A DNA stretch of 64,000 nucleotides from an uncultured Selenomonas sp. (GTDB taxonomy: Bacteria; Bacillota; Negativicutes; Selenomonadales; Selenomonadaceae), in assembly GCF_963555475.1 (NCBI RefSeq), contig NZ_CAUVVR010000001.1; one strand, given 5' to 3'. A program made the position numbers and the translations under genes. Every line of letters starts with the position of its first letter. Position 1 is the stretch's first letter. This document shows positions 1 through 9,171 of this stretch, piece by piece. The notes beneath the pieces are model-generated. The model saw nothing but the letters and a program-made list of their open reading frames with translations, made no database searches and was not told the DNA's origin.

Positions 1-1098
1 GGCGATCTCGGTCTCAACTCTGAGACAGCGGTCATGTTCAATCTCACGAGCCGCGAGCAGGTCATTATCAATACATGGTACGGCGGCGAGATGAAGAAGG
101 GTATGTTCTCCATGATGAACTACTACCTTCCGCTGAAGGGGATCGCTTCCATGCACTGCTCGGCAAACACGGACAAGCAGGGAGGGAACACGACTCTTTT
201 CTTTGGTCTCTCGGGTACGGGCAAGACGACGCTCTCAACCGACAATGCGCGGCTGCTCATCGGTGACGATGAGCACGGTTGGGATGACGAGGGCGTGTTT
301 AACTACGAGGGCGGCTGCTACGCGAAGGTCATCAACCTTGACCCTGATGCGGAGCCGGACATCTATCAGGCGATTCGCCGCAATGCGCTGCTTGAGAATG
401 TCACGGTCGACCTCGCCGGCCGCGTGGACTTTGCGGATAAGAGCGTGACGGAGAATACACGTGTCTCGTATCCGATCAACCACATCGAGAACATTGTGCT
501 CGGCCATGTCGCAGACAAGTCCGCCGGTCCGCACGCAAAGCACGTGATCTTCCTCTCGGCGGATGCGTTCGGCGTTCTGCCGCCGGTCTCGATCCTGACG
601 CCGGAGCAGACGAAGTACTACTTCCTCTCGGGCTTCACGTCGAAGCTCGCGGGTACGGAGCGCGGCATCACGGAGCCGACGCCGACGTTCTCGGCATGCT
701 TTGGACAGGCGTTTCTCGAGCTGCATCCGACGAAGTATGCGGAGGAACTCGTCCGCAAGATGGAGGAGCACGGCTCGCGTGCCTATCTTGTGAACACGGG
801 ATGGAACGGCACGGGCAAGCGCATCTCCATTCAGGATACGCGCGGCATCATCCACGCGATTCAGGACGGCTCGATCGACAGCGCACCGACGAAGAAGATC
901 CCGTATTTTGACTTCGAGGTTCCGACGGAACTGCCGGGGGTCGATCCGAAGATCCTCGACCCGCGCGACACTTACGCAAGCCGCTCGGAGTGGGATGAGA
1001 AGGCACGTGACCTCGCTGAGCGTTTTATCAAGAACTTCAAGAAGTACGAGGGCAACGAGGAGGGCAAGGCACTCGTTCCTGCGGGGCCGCAGCTCTAA
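1..1098 (+). CDS. pckA: Phosphoenolpyruvate carboxykinase (ATP), C-terminal ~365 aa; 5-prime end outside window
   Basis: Frame 1 is open from nt 1 ([15 protein letters not shown]...). Collinear with E. coli PckA as I remember it: [16 protein letters not shown], kinase-1a [32 protein letters not shown], ending AGPQL. Confidence 0.95.
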   Translation, partial: GDLGLNSETAVMFNLTSREQVIINTWYGGEMKKGMFSMMNYYLPLKGIASMHCSANTDKQGGNTTLFFGLSGTGKTTLSTDNARLLIGDDEHGWDDEGVFNYEGGCYAKVINLDPDAEPDIYQAIRRNALLENVTVDLAGRVDFADKSVTENTRVSYPINHIENIVLGHVADKSAGPHAKHVIFLSADAFGVLPPVSILTPEQTKYYFLSGFTSKLAGTERGITEPTPTFSACFGQAFLELHPTKYAEELVRKMEEHGSRAYLVNTGWNGTGKRISIQDTRGIIHAIQDGSIDSAPTKKIPYFDFEVPTELPGVDPKILDPRDTYASRSEWDEKARDLAERFIKNFKKYEGNEEGKALVPAGPQL

Positions 1099-1116
1099 GG
1101 CGTATTTGTTCGATAG

Positions 1117-1148
1117 AAAAAGCTGCCGCAGATGCGGCAGCTTTTTTT
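1117..1148 (+). terminator. Rho-independent terminator after pckA
   Basis: Stem agctgccgc / gcggcagct (1121-1129 / 1134-1142) with a 4-nt loop, followed by a T7 run. Confidence 0.8.
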
Positions 1149-1168
1149 GATAACGGAAAGGAGATACG

Positions 1169-3235
1169 ATGCACCTCACGGACAGCATCAACAAGGTGCG
1201 TGGTGTCGGCGTGAAAAAGGCGGCGGCATTTGCGCGTCTCGGCATCGGAACGGTGTATGATCTCCTGACGTATTATCCGCGCATCTACGGAGATCAGAGC
1301 CGCGTGACACCCATCGCCGAGCTGCGCGTTGGAGAGCGTGCGACTGTCCTCGGCGTGATTCAGCAGGTGACGGAGCGTCCGACGCGGCGGCGCGGCTTTA
1401 CGGTGCTGACGGCACTTCTCGGCGATGGGACAGGCTATGCACAGGCGGTCTGGTTCAATCAGCGTTTCCTCAAATCGAAGCTGCGTGAGGGGCAGCGCAT
1501 CCTCCTCTCGGGCAAGGCGGACTATGCCTATCAGGGGGGCGGACAGCTTGCGCTCTCGCAAATCACGTCGTTTGAACTCCTCGGTGCACAGGATGCGGCG
1601 GATGAACACCTCGGCATCCTGCCCGTCTATGCGGCGACCGAGGGGCTGACGCAGAAGCAGCTGCGGCAGATGATGGAATATGCGCTTGCGCAGACGGTGG
1701 ATGAACTGGAAGAGAACCTGCCGCAGCGCATCCGTGAGGAGTATCGTCTCATCGGACGCAGGGCTGCCTTTCGGCGCATTCACTTCCCAAAGCAGGAGGA
1801 GGAACTGCGTGCGGCGCGGCGGCGGCTTGCGTTCGAGGAACTGTACCTCATCCAATGCGGGCTGCTCGCGCTCAAGAAGCGCACGGCAGAGGAGCAGAAG
1901 GGGATCGCACATGCAGCGAATGGGGATCTCGTCGCGCAGGTGCTTGCAGCACTGCCCTTTGCACTGACCGACGATCAGGAGAAGGTGTGGGCGGAAATCA
2001 CGCGCGACATGGAGTCGCCGCTGCCGATGCGCCGTCTCGTGCAGGGCGATGTCGGCTCGGGCAAGACGGCAATTGCACTGCTCGCACTCGTCAAGACGGT
2101 GGAGAACGGCTGTCAGGGGGCTCTGATGGCTCCGACGGAGATCCTTGCACATCAGCATTATGACTATTTGCACGCGCTTCTCACACCTCTTGGTGTGCGC
2201 GTGGGGTTCCTCACGGGGCATTTGACAAAGAAGGAGCGTACCGCAGCTGCGGCGGCACTTGCCGCACATGAGATTGACATCGCCGTCGGGACACACGCAC
2301 TGATTCAGGACAGTGTATCATTCGATTCGTTGGGACTTGTGGTGACGGACGAGCAGCACCGCTTTGGTGTGGCACAGCGGGCGGCACTGGAAAAAAAGAG
2401 CACCGTGACCCCCGATGTACTTGTTATGACGGCGACCCCGATTCCGCGCACAATGACACTCACGGTGTATGGTGATCTCGATGTTTCGCGCATTGAGCAC
2501 CTGCCGCCGGGACGGCAGCCCATTCGGACATTTCTGCGCGATGAGCGGGCGCGTGACAAGATCTATGCCTTTGTGCGCAAGGAAATTGAGGCGGGGCGGC
2601 AGGCATACGTTGTCTGTCCGCTCATCGAGGCGAGCGATGAGAGCAGTCTGCCCTCGGTGGAGGAGGTCTATGAGGAACTGTCCCACGGCATTTTTCGCGG
2701 GATTCCCTGTGGGCTGCTCCACGGTCGCATGAAGTCCGCGGAGAAGGAGGCGGTGATGGAGGGGTTCTACGCCGACCGCATCAAGCTGCTTGTCTCGACC
2801 ACGGTCATCGAGGTTGGCGTGAACGTGCCGAACGCGAGCATCCTCGTTGTCGAGCACGCGGAGCGGTTTGGACTCTCCCAACTGCACCAGCTGCGCGGGC
2901 GCGTCGGGCGCGGCTCCTACGCTTCCTACTGCATTCTCATCGCGGGGCGCAGTGCCGCTTCACAGGAGCGGCTTCAGGTCATCGAGCGGACGAGCGACGG
3001 CTTTCGTCTCGCCGAGGAGGATCTGCGCCTCAGAGGTCCCGGACAGTTCTTCGGTGCGATGCAGCACGGGCTCGGCGACCTCAAGATCGCGGATGTGCTC
3101 GCCGATATGGATCTCCTGCTGCTCGCCCGCCGCGCCGCTCTCGCAACGCTCGACGATCCCGCCGCGCTCTCCTTTGTCCTGCCGACACTCATGCGTCAGT
3201 ACCGCGAGCGTTTCGCGCATATGCGGGAGGTCTGA
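1169..3235 (+). CDS. recG: ATP-dependent DNA helicase RecG
   Basis: 688 aa. N-terminal wedge/OB region, Walker A GDVGSGKT, DEQH box VVTDEQHRFG, motif VI QLRGRVGRG. RBS aaaggaga upstream. Confidence 0.95.
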   Translation: MHLTDSINKVRGVGVKKAAAFARLGIGTVYDLLTYYPRIYGDQSRVTPIAELRVGERATVLGVIQQVTERPTRRRGFTVLTALLGDGTGYAQAVWFNQRFLKSKLREGQRILLSGKADYAYQGGGQLALSQITSFELLGAQDAADEHLGILPVYAATEGLTQKQLRQMMEYALAQTVDELEENLPQRIREEYRLIGRRAAFRRIHFPKQEEELRAARRRLAFEELYLIQCGLLALKKRTAEEQKGIAHAANGDLVAQVLAALPFALTDDQEKVWAEITRDMESPLPMRRLVQGDVGSGKTAIALLALVKTVENGCQGALMAPTEILAHQHYDYLHALLTPLGVRVGFLTGHLTKKERTAAAAALAAHEIDIAVGTHALIQDSVSFDSLGLVVTDEQHRFGVAQRAALEKKSTVTPDVLVMTATPIPRTMTLTVYGDLDVSRIEHLPPGRQPIRTFLRDERARDKIYAFVRKEIEAGRQAYVVCPLIEASDESSLPSVEEVYEELSHGIFRGIPCGLLHGRMKSAEKEAVMEGFYADRIKLLVSTTVIEVGVNVPNASILVVEHAERFGLSQLHQLRGRVGRGSYASYCILIAGRSAASQERLQVIERTSDGFRLAEEDLRLRGPGQFFGAMQHGLGDLKIADVLADMDLLLLARRAALATLDDPAALSFVLPTLMRQYRERFAHMREV

Positions 3236-3257
3236 GGGGGAAATACGCTTGTATTCC

Positions 3258-3287
3258 TTGACATACGGGGATTCTCTGGGCTAGAAT
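3258..3287 (+). promoter_or_regulatory. Candidate sigma-A promoter for dapB-asd
   Basis: TTGACA (3258-3263), 18-nt spacer, TAGAAT (3282-3287), about 30 nt upstream of the dapB start. Confidence 0.5.
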
Positions 3288-3317
3288 AGGTCATACTGTA
3301 TTTGGGAGGAGATTGCC

Positions 3318-4106
3318 TTGACAAAGGTTTTGGTAAATGGCGCGGCGGGTCGCATGGGACGTGCGGTGCTGAAGGCTGTGATCGACGATGCAGAGTTGGA
3401 ACTCGTCGGTGCGGTGGATATCACAGGCGGTGCGGACGCGGGAGAGCTTGCGGGGACGGCGAAGAACGGCGTGCTCGTGGAGACGGATCTTGCGGCGGCA
3501 CTCGAGCGGCTGCATCCCGACGTGATGATCGATTTCACGCGTCCCGATGTCGTCTATGGAAATGTCCTCACGGCACTCGCACACAAGGTCTCGCCTGTGG
3601 TCGGAACGACGGGATTGACCGAGGAGCAGAAGGCGGCGATTAAGGCGGCGGCGGACGAGAATGCTACGCCCGCATTCATCGCACCGAACTTTGCCATCGG
3701 TGCGGTGCTGATGATGCTGATGAGCCGCATGGCGGCAAAATATATGCCCGATGTGGAGATCATCGAGCTGCACCACGACAACAAGCTGGACGCCCCCTCG
3801 GGGACAGCGGTGCAGACGGCGGCGATGATTGCCGAGGTGCGCGAAGCACACGCGCAGGGGCATTCCGACGAGGAGGAGAAAATCGCGGGAGCACGCGGCG
3901 CAGAGTATGAGGGCATGCGTATCCACAGCGTTCGTCTGCCGGGCTATGTTGCGCATCAGGAAGTCATCTTCGGCGGACTTGGGCAGACGCTCACGATCCG
4001 TCACGATTCGCTGAACCGCGAGTCCTTTATGCCGGGAGTGGTGCTCGCGGCGAAGAAGGTGTGCGGACTCGCATCGCTCACGGTTGGACTGGACAAGCTG
4101 TTGTAA
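3318..4106 (+). CDS. dapB: 4-hydroxy-tetrahydrodipicolinate reductase
   Basis: 262 aa. NAD-binding VNGAAGRMGRAV and signature ELHHDNKLDAPSGTA. TTG start 6 nt after GGGAGGAG, so the start codon is somewhat uncertain. Confidence 0.92.
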   Translation: MTKVLVNGAAGRMGRAVLKAVIDDAELELVGAVDITGGADAGELAGTAKNGVLVETDLAAALERLHPDVMIDFTRPDVVYGNVLTALAHKVSPVVGTTGLTEEQKAAIKAAADENATPAFIAPNFAIGAVLMMLMSRMAAKYMPDVEIIELHHDNKLDAPSGTAVQTAAMIAEVREAHAQGHSDEEEKIAGARGAEYEGMRIHSVRLPGYVAHQEVIFGGLGQTLTIRHDSLNRESFMPGVVLAAKKVCGLASLTVGLDKLL

Positions 4107-4126
4107 GGGATAGTGGGGAGTACATT

Positions 4127-5158
4127 ATGAAGAAGTATCGTGTCGCCATCCTCGGCGCAACGGGTGCCGTCGGGCAGGAGTTTCTGAATCTCATCGAGGA
4201 GCGCAAGTTCCCGTTCTCGGAGCTGCGACTGCTCGCGTCCAGCCGCTCGGCGGGCAAGAAAATCGCCTTTATGGGCAAGGAGTATACCGTACAGGAGACG
4301 ACGGCCGATTCCTTTGAGGGGATCGACATTGCCCTCTTTGCGGGCGGCGCGGCAAGCAAGGAGTTTGCCCCCCATGCAGTTAAGGCGGGTGCGGTCGTCA
4401 TTGACAATTCAAGCGCGTTCCGCATGGATCCGGAGGTGCCGCTCGTCGTACCCGAGGTCAATCCCGAGGCAATCAAGAAGCATAAGGGCATCATTGCCAA
4501 TCCGAACTGCTCCACCATCATCATGGTGATGGGGCTCAAACCCCTCTATGATATCGCAAAAATTCGCCGCATCGTCGTCTCCACCTATCAGGCGGTCTCG
4601 GGTGCGGGCAAGGAGGGCATGGCGGAACTTGAGGAGCAGGTCGCGGCACTGTCCTCGGGCAAGGACGCACAGGCGAACATCCTGCCCGTCGGAAAGCTGC
4701 CGAAGCACTATCAGATTGCGTTCAACCTCATCCCACAGATCGATGTCTTCATGGACAACCTCTACACAAAAGAGGAGATGAAGATGATCGACGAGACGAA
4801 GAAAATCATGGAGGACGACAGCCTGCGCATCACGGCGACCACCGTGCGCGTGCCCGTCTACCGCAGCCATGCGGAGTCCGTCAACGTCGAGTTCGAGAGT
4901 GAGGTCTCGCTCGATGCGGCACGCAAGGCAATTGCGGCGTTCCCCGGCATCGTCCTGCGTGACAACCCGTCGGAGCAGGAGTATCCGATGCCACTCTTTA
5001 CCTCCGGCAAGACCGATGTCGAGATCGGCCGTCTGCGCCGCGATGAGTCGACCGACAACGCGCTGAACTTCTGGATCTGCGGCGACCAGATTCGCAAGGG
5101 CGCGGCACTCAACGCACTCCAGATCGCAGAGTACATGATCGCACACGAACTCGTTTGA
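4127..5158 (+). CDS. asd: Aspartate-semialdehyde dehydrogenase
   Basis: MKKYRVAILGATGAVGQEF Rossmann N-terminus and active-site NPNCSTI. ATG 4127 follows GGGGAG. The longer tracked ORF from 4061 overlaps the dapB end and is unlikely to be used. Confidence 0.93.
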   Translation: MKKYRVAILGATGAVGQEFLNLIEERKFPFSELRLLASSRSAGKKIAFMGKEYTVQETTADSFEGIDIALFAGGAASKEFAPHAVKAGAVVIDNSSAFRMDPEVPLVVPEVNPEAIKKHKGIIANPNCSTIIMVMGLKPLYDIAKIRRIVVSTYQAVSGAGKEGMAELEEQVAALSSGKDAQANILPVGKLPKHYQIAFNLIPQIDVFMDNLYTKEEMKMIDETKKIMEDDSLRITATTVRVPVYRSHAESVNVEFESEVSLDAARKAIAAFPGIVLRDNPSEQEYPMPLFTSGKTDVEIGRLRRDESTDNALNFWICGDQIRKGAALNALQIAEYMIAHELV

Positions 5159-5175
5159 GCAGTACACTTTAGTGG

Positions 5176-5221
5176 GGCTGTTGTGCGAAGGCAAAGTTGT
5201 CTTCGCACAACAGCCTTTTTT
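5176..5221 (+). terminator. Rho-independent terminator after asd
   Basis: Long perfect stem ggctgttgtgcgaag / cttcgcacaacagcc followed by a T-run. Confidence 0.85.
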
Positions 5222-5239
5222 GCCGGGCGTGAAAAAACG

Positions 5240-5268
5240 TTGACGCTGACATGGGAAGTATTTATAAT
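5240..5268 (+). promoter_or_regulatory. Near-consensus promoter for hicAB
   Basis: TTGACG (5240-5245), exactly 17-nt spacer, TATAAT (5263-5268). Confidence 0.7.
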
Positions 5269-5290
5269 TTGAAATGAGGGGGCGGTAGGA

Positions 5291-5482
5291 ATGCCGATGA
5301 CACCAAGACAAATGATACGCCTGTTGGAGAAGAATGGCTTTCGCAAAGCGGCATCAAGTTCCGGCTCTCATCAAAAAATGTGGAATCCGCTGACAAGAAC
5401 AACGACAGTTGTTCCGATTCATACTGGCACATTGGGGAAGGGCTTGGAACATAAGATTTTGAAACAAGCGGGTCTGATATAA
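5291..5482 (+). CDS. hicA: HicA-family mRNA interferase toxin
   Basis: 63 aa. MTPRQMIRLLEKNGF...SGSHQKM...VPIHTGTLGKGL is typical of the HicA dsRBD-like fold with a catalytic His. Confidence 0.85.
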   Translation: MPMTPRQMIRLLEKNGFRKAASSSGSHQKMWNPLTRTTTVVPIHTGTLGKGLEHKILKQAGLI

Positions 5483-5506
5483 TGGTGAATGTTGGAGGTG
5501 GTGGCA

Positions 5507-5821
5507 ATGAAGCATTATTATCCTGCGGTCTTCGAGACTGCCAAAGAGGGGGGCTACACGGTGACCGTTCCTGATATTGAGGGGTGCTTCACAGAGGGGC
5601 GAACGCTGGAGCAGGCCATGTGGATGGCACAGGATGCGATTGGTTGTATGTTGGAGGGCACGGATGAAAAGGACTACCCGTGCGCCCGCAGTGTAAAGAG
5701 TGTAGATACATCAGAATTTGCGGATTGTTTTGTGACACTCGTGGAGTTTGATCGGCAAATCTACGAGCAGCGGTGTCGGGATATATCGATTGCGCGTGAG
5801 CAGCTGGCGGCACTGGCATAA
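5507..5821 (+). CDS. hicB: HicB-family antitoxin
   Basis: MKHYYPAVFETAKEGGYTVTVPDIEGCFTEGRTLEQAMWMAQDAIG is a typical HicB N-terminal RNase-H-like fold. ATG 5507 follows GGAGGTGG, and the gene sits directly downstream of hicA. Confidence 0.8.
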   Translation: MKHYYPAVFETAKEGGYTVTVPDIEGCFTEGRTLEQAMWMAQDAIGCMLEGTDEKDYPCARSVKSVDTSEFADCFVTLVEFDRQIYEQRCRDISIAREQLAALA

Positions 5822-5852
5822 GAGCCGCATAAAAGTACCATATTGTGCGGAC

Positions 5853-5880
5853 AAGGGCATCTGGACAAGGTGCCTTTTTT
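5853..5880 (+). terminator. Weak candidate terminator after hicB
   Basis: 7-bp stem aagggca / tgccttt (one G-U pair), 11-nt loop, T6 run. Confidence 0.4.
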
Positions 5881-5915
5881 ATGTGCAAAGATCGTGAGAA
5901 AATCGTACGAAGAAT

Positions 5916-5937
5916 GTAGGAAGTAAGTCCTTTTTTG
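5916..5937 (+). repeat. attL core (22-bp direct repeat)
   Basis: Exact copy of 46505-46526. Flanking bases differ on both sides, which fixes the repeat length. Confidence 0.75.
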
Positions 5938-5992
5938 ACTGTGAAGCCCTTTCCATTGAAATGACGGGCTTTGCGCGAACATGCAGGGGTAT

Positions 5993-6027
5993 TTGTCTAC
6001 CGTTTGTCTACGGAATTACTTGTCTAC
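5993..6027 (+). repeat. Three direct TTGTCTAC repeats (candidate integrase arm-type sites, left arm)
   Basis: TTGTCTAC at 5993-6000, 6004-6011 and 6020-6027. The same octamer recurs in the same orientation at 46350-46368 near the other prophage end. Confidence 0.5.
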
Positions 6028-7221
6028 AATCTGCGCGAAGAGGGCGACGGTTGCACGCTGCATCTCTTCAGTATCATGCGCGTAGAGGTTCTGGGTAATG
6101 GAGACATCCGCATGACCGAGCCGGGCAGCAACATCGATAGGGTTTGCCCCCGCCTCGATGAGTTTGGTTGCGTGTGTATGGCGAAAGCTGTGTGAGTTCA
6201 GACCCAAGGAATGCAGCCGCCCATGCAGAGCCATATAGTAGATCGGTAGTCCGAACTTGTCCGTACAGACGAGCGGGCAAAGATGAAAATCTGTCGGCGG
6301 GGTTTCTATCTTCGGCGCGGTATAAAGACCGCGCTCGGCGGTTTCATAGACACGCTGGTAGGCGTTGCCAAAACGAAGCTCGTTCTCTGTTTGCACCCGC
6401 TTCCAATGGGCGAGCTCTGTCATCAGGATTTCGTCCATATAAATCTCGCGCGTGCTTGTTCGGGTCTTCGGATCGGCGAAATAACACTGACGCTTTGCGC
6501 CCACGGTTGCGAGCTGGCGATGGATGTAGATTCTTTGATTCTGCATATCGACATCGTCCCACATAAGCCCGAGTACTTCACCGATGCGTGCGCCCGTGTG
6601 ATATGCGAGAATCAATGGTATGTGGTACTTGTGTCCGCGTGGGAACTTTTCCATGAGCGCATGGAACTGTTCCCCCGTGATGATGGTACGTTCTACAATT
6701 TTCGCAGGTGCTGATCGGGGGACGCGGATATCGGTGCACGGGTTGCTGAGGATGAGCTCTGCCGGATAGACCGCGTATTTCAGTGCAAGGGATAAAATAG
6801 ACTTGGAAAGGGAAAGTGATCTTTTGGAAAGCCCGCGTTCGGCAAGCCGTTTCATCCAGGCATCGACATCGCGGGGGCGGATATCCTGCACGTGGAGATC
6901 GCCGAGGAGCGGGATGATCCGTACGCGGATCACAGAACTATAGTTGTGATAGGTTCCGCGTGTCACATTCGGGCGCATGACATTCTCCAGCCACGCAGCG
7001 AGATAGTCGCGCAGCTTGATCCGCTCGCTGGTGATGCCGATGTTGCCGGACTTCCAGTCTGCGTAGGCGGCGACACCTGCGTCATACGCCTCCTGCTCCG
7101 TCGCATAGCCGCCCTTTTCGATGGCACGACGTTTCCCTGTGGTCGGGTTCTTTCCCGCGTCAAAGGAGTAGGAGTAGGTGCTGCCGCGTCTCCTCGTGCG
7201 GATCGTTGCCTTCTTTGCCAT
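6016..7221 (-). CDS. int: Tyrosine recombinase / phage integrase
   Basis: MAKKATIRTRRRGSTYSYSFDAG... N-terminal arm-binding-type domain. C-terminal catalytic region ...TGARIGEVLGL...HSFRHTHATKLIEAG...LGHADVSITQNLYAH (R-H-R-Y). ATG 7221 is preceded by GGAGG. Confidence 0.93.
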   Translation of the reverse strand: MAKKATIRTRRRGSTYSYSFDAGKNPTTGKRRAIEKGGYATEQEAYDAGVAAYADWKSGNIGITSERIKLRDYLAAWLENVMRPNVTRGTYHNYSSVIRVRIIPLLGDLHVQDIRPRDVDAWMKRLAERGLSKRSLSLSKSILSLALKYAVYPAELILSNPCTDIRVPRSAPAKIVERTIITGEQFHALMEKFPRGHKYHIPLILAYHTGARIGEVLGLMWDDVDMQNQRIYIHRQLATVGAKRQCYFADPKTRTSTREIYMDEILMTELAHWKRVQTENELRFGNAYQRVYETAERGLYTAPKIETPPTDFHLCPLVCTDKFGLPIYYMALHGRLHSLGLNSHSFRHTHATKLIEAGANPIDVAARLGHADVSITQNLYAHDTEEMQRATVALFAQIVDK

Positions 7222-7370
7222 AATAAAACACCTCCGAAGATTCGTTGTGGAATAATCCCCGAAGGTGTGATATACTTTCGCTTGAGAGTGCGGGCATATC
7301 TCCTCGGGGATTGCTTGCTTCACCGTTCATCGTGTTGGTAGCACGGTGGGCGGTTTTTTTTTGTCAAAAG

Positions 7371-8105
7371 TTATTTTGTGCTTTTCCAATCAGGGCCCTG
7401 TTTCGTGTGCATCCCTTTTGTAATGTACTGGTCATAGAGCCATTTTGATCGGTTATCTTTATGTTGCACCTGTGCAACGGCAATCGCAATGTCGTATTCG
7501 TCGAATAAACTTCCGTAGCTATTGCCCGATGGGGCCGTGAAAGAACTATCGTGTGCCAACACATTAGATGAAAAGCGGCGAATCATGGTATCAGCTAGAT
7601 CAAGTGCTGCGCTTTTATCCGTTGTAGGATTTACGACCACAGTCATTGTGATAAGTTTTTTGTTATAGTCCACCTCAATGTAAGCGTCAACCACCATCGG
7701 GTGATAGCGTTTATCTTTCATTTCTTGAACGGTTTCAGGTATCGCCTTGTTGATGGAAGCTTCTTCTTTTGTAGCTTGTGCTTCTCTTTCCTTTTTCTCT
7801 GCTGCCTCTTGTTCTTTCTGAGCGGCCTCTTGAGCCTTACGTGCTTCCTTTTCGGCTCTCTCCTGCTCTTTCTGAGCTTGTTCAGTGATGCGCTTTTGCT
7901 CCATCTCTGCGCGTTGCTCAGGAGTCGACGAAGTTGATACACCTCCGATGACTGAAACAATCAGAACGCCGACGGCTATGCCCGCGCGAACGAGCCACTT
8001 CTTGTAGTTATCCTTTTGAAAAAAGAACATATACACAGAAATTGCAAGCAGTACAAGGATAGATACTGCCGAAGCAAAAAATATGATCGCGAAAAAAGTG
8101 CCCAT
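7371..8105 (-). CDS. Membrane-anchored protein of unknown function in the lysogeny module
   Basis: Two N-terminal hydrophobic helices (FFAIIFFASAVSILVLLAISVYMFFF; AGIAVGVLIVSVIGGV), a K/E/A/Q-rich coiled segment and a ~130-aa C-terminal domain. Located between the repressor and integrase on the same strand. The start may be TTG 8135 or ATG 8105. Confidence 0.6.
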   Translation of the reverse strand: MGTFFAIIFFASAVSILVLLAISVYMFFFQKDNYKKWLVRAGIAVGVLIVSVIGGVSTSSTPEQRAEMEQKRITEQAQKEQERAEKEARKAQEAAQKEQEAAEKKEREAQATKEEASINKAIPETVQEMKDKRYHPMVVDAYIEVDYNKKLITMTVVVNPTTDKSAALDLADTMIRRFSSNVLAHDSSFTAPSGNSYGSLFDEYDIAIAVAQVQHKDNRSKWLYDQYITKGMHTKQGPDWKSTK

Positions 8106-8142
8106 TGCAGCGCCTCTCTTTTTTTTCCTACCCAATATCCTC

Positions 8143-9108
8143 TTAGAGGGTCACGTTATACATAACGACCTTACCGATCAGGCGAAGATCATCGCAATTA
8201 TCATAACTAAATACAATATCCCGAAAGGAAGGATCGCTACTGTCCGGTCGAAAGACGTATTCTTCGTGTATCCTATCATTGAAAAAGCGTTTCACAGAGT
8301 ATTCTCCACAATTCTGGATGACAACAATATCACCGTCTGCTACAGAGGAAGAATCACTGTTTTTTAACACCGCAATGATTGCACCGTCCTCGATCACATT
8401 ATTCATGCTCTCGCCATTGACTGGCATGAGGATGATGTTCGGATTACGAGCATATCGTCCAAGCATCAGATCTGGGACGGAAACGCGGGGAAGTTCTTCT
8501 ATCGCCTCTACTTCTTCCAAAGCACCGGCGGAAACTCCATAAGGGACGTATTGATATAGGTAGGATTCCGTGTAGGGAGCACGGGAATTCTCTTGCATGG
8601 CATCTTCGTAGCGTGCCTCTTTGGACTCCTCATATTTATCGACGTCATCTCCAAATATTTCGGGAACTATATCGTCGTACATATCGTGGTCGTGGAGAAA
8701 TTGGGGGATTGACTTGCCATAAACATCACAGATTTCTTTTAGGAGAAATTCACTGATGGGGGATAGTCCTTCTTCGTACGCTTCAAGGAGACTCACAGGG
8801 ATTTTGGTTTCAGAAGAAAGTTCTTCAAGTGAAAAATTATAGCTTTCACGCTCATCTTTTAGTGCGTTTGAGTAAAAGCATCCAGTGCCAAAGTCATCCT
8901 CGTAGTAACAATCTTCCCCTACGAGATAATCAAGCGAGCAGTCAAGCACTTTGCTAATATCGCGAGCTTTTTGAACATCCAATTTTTTTCGCTTTCCGGT
9001 CATGATATCCGATAGCGTCGAAAAAGGAATGCCGGCTTTTACTGCTAAATCCTTCATTTGAAGCCCGCGTATATCTAAAGCGATTTTTATTCTATCAGAG
9101 ATGCTCAT
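8143..9108 (-). CDS. CI/LexA-type phage repressor (two XRE HTH domains plus S24 peptidase domain)
   Basis: N-terminus MSISDRIKIALDIRGLQMKDLAVKAGIPFSTLSDIMTGKRK (HTH_XRE), second HTH FSLEELSSETKIPVSLLEAYEEG. C-terminal S24 autoproteolysis motifs PVNGESMNN (Ser) and YSVKRFF (Lys). Confidence 0.88.
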   Translation of the reverse strand: MSISDRIKIALDIRGLQMKDLAVKAGIPFSTLSDIMTGKRKKLDVQKARDISKVLDCSLDYLVGEDCYYEDDFGTGCFYSNALKDERESYNFSLEELSSETKIPVSLLEAYEEGLSPISEFLLKEICDVYGKSIPQFLHDHDMYDDIVPEIFGDDVDKYEESKEARYEDAMQENSRAPYTESYLYQYVPYGVSAGALEEVEAIEELPRVSVPDLMLGRYARNPNIILMPVNGESMNNVIEDGAIIAVLKNSDSSSVADGDIVVIQNCGEYSVKRFFNDRIHEEYVFRPDSSDPSFRDIVFSYDNCDDLRLIGKVVMYNVTL

Positions 9109-9135
9109 AGCTGATCCCTCCTAAACTTTATATCT

Positions 9136-9164
9136 ATTATACTATATCTACGGGTTTAGGTAAA
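9136..9164 (-). promoter_or_regulatory. Candidate leftward (repressor maintenance) promoter
   Basis: On the minus strand: TTTACC (9164-9159), 17-nt spacer, TATAAT (9141-9136), ~28 nt upstream of the repressor ATG. Operator copy 1 starts 8 bp upstream of the -35. Confidence 0.45.
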
Positions 9165-9171
9165 TAAAAAA

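Noticed and set aside
235-2296. 336-aa and 419-aa minus-strand ORFs opposite pckA and recG
   Set aside because: Both lie fully inside confidently identified plus-strand genes. The same applies to the long antisense ORFs opposite murE/murF (49062..50231), murG (54072..55013), murC (55013..56077), SNF2 (20207..21037) and the UbiB-like gene (61834..62808).
3236-3317. Lysine (L-box) riboswitch upstream of dapB-asd
   Set aside because: Only ~80 nt separate recG and dapB, and ~30 nt lie between the predicted -10 and the start codon. That is far too short for an L-box.
5916-5937. Whether the att core is the 3-prime end of a tRNA, tmRNA or other RNA gene
   Set aside because: I could fold no cloverleaf or T-arm-like sequence around either copy. 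The flanks are a hicB terminator region and the mraZ upstream region. I treat it as an intergenic attB.
7320-7362. Hairpin (caccgt / acggtg) followed by a T9 run on the plus strand between integrase and the membrane-protein gene
   Set aside because: It looks like a plus-strand terminator, but no plus-strand gene lies upstream. On the minus strand the U-run is on the wrong side. It may merely block antisense read-in, and I do not call it as a feature.
7701-7960. Short reiterated ctttctgagc/ctcttgagcc-type DNA repeats
   Set aside because: They are the nucleotide image of the K/E/A/Q-rich coiled-coil segment of the 7371..8105 protein, that is, low-complexity coding sequence rather than an independent repeat element.
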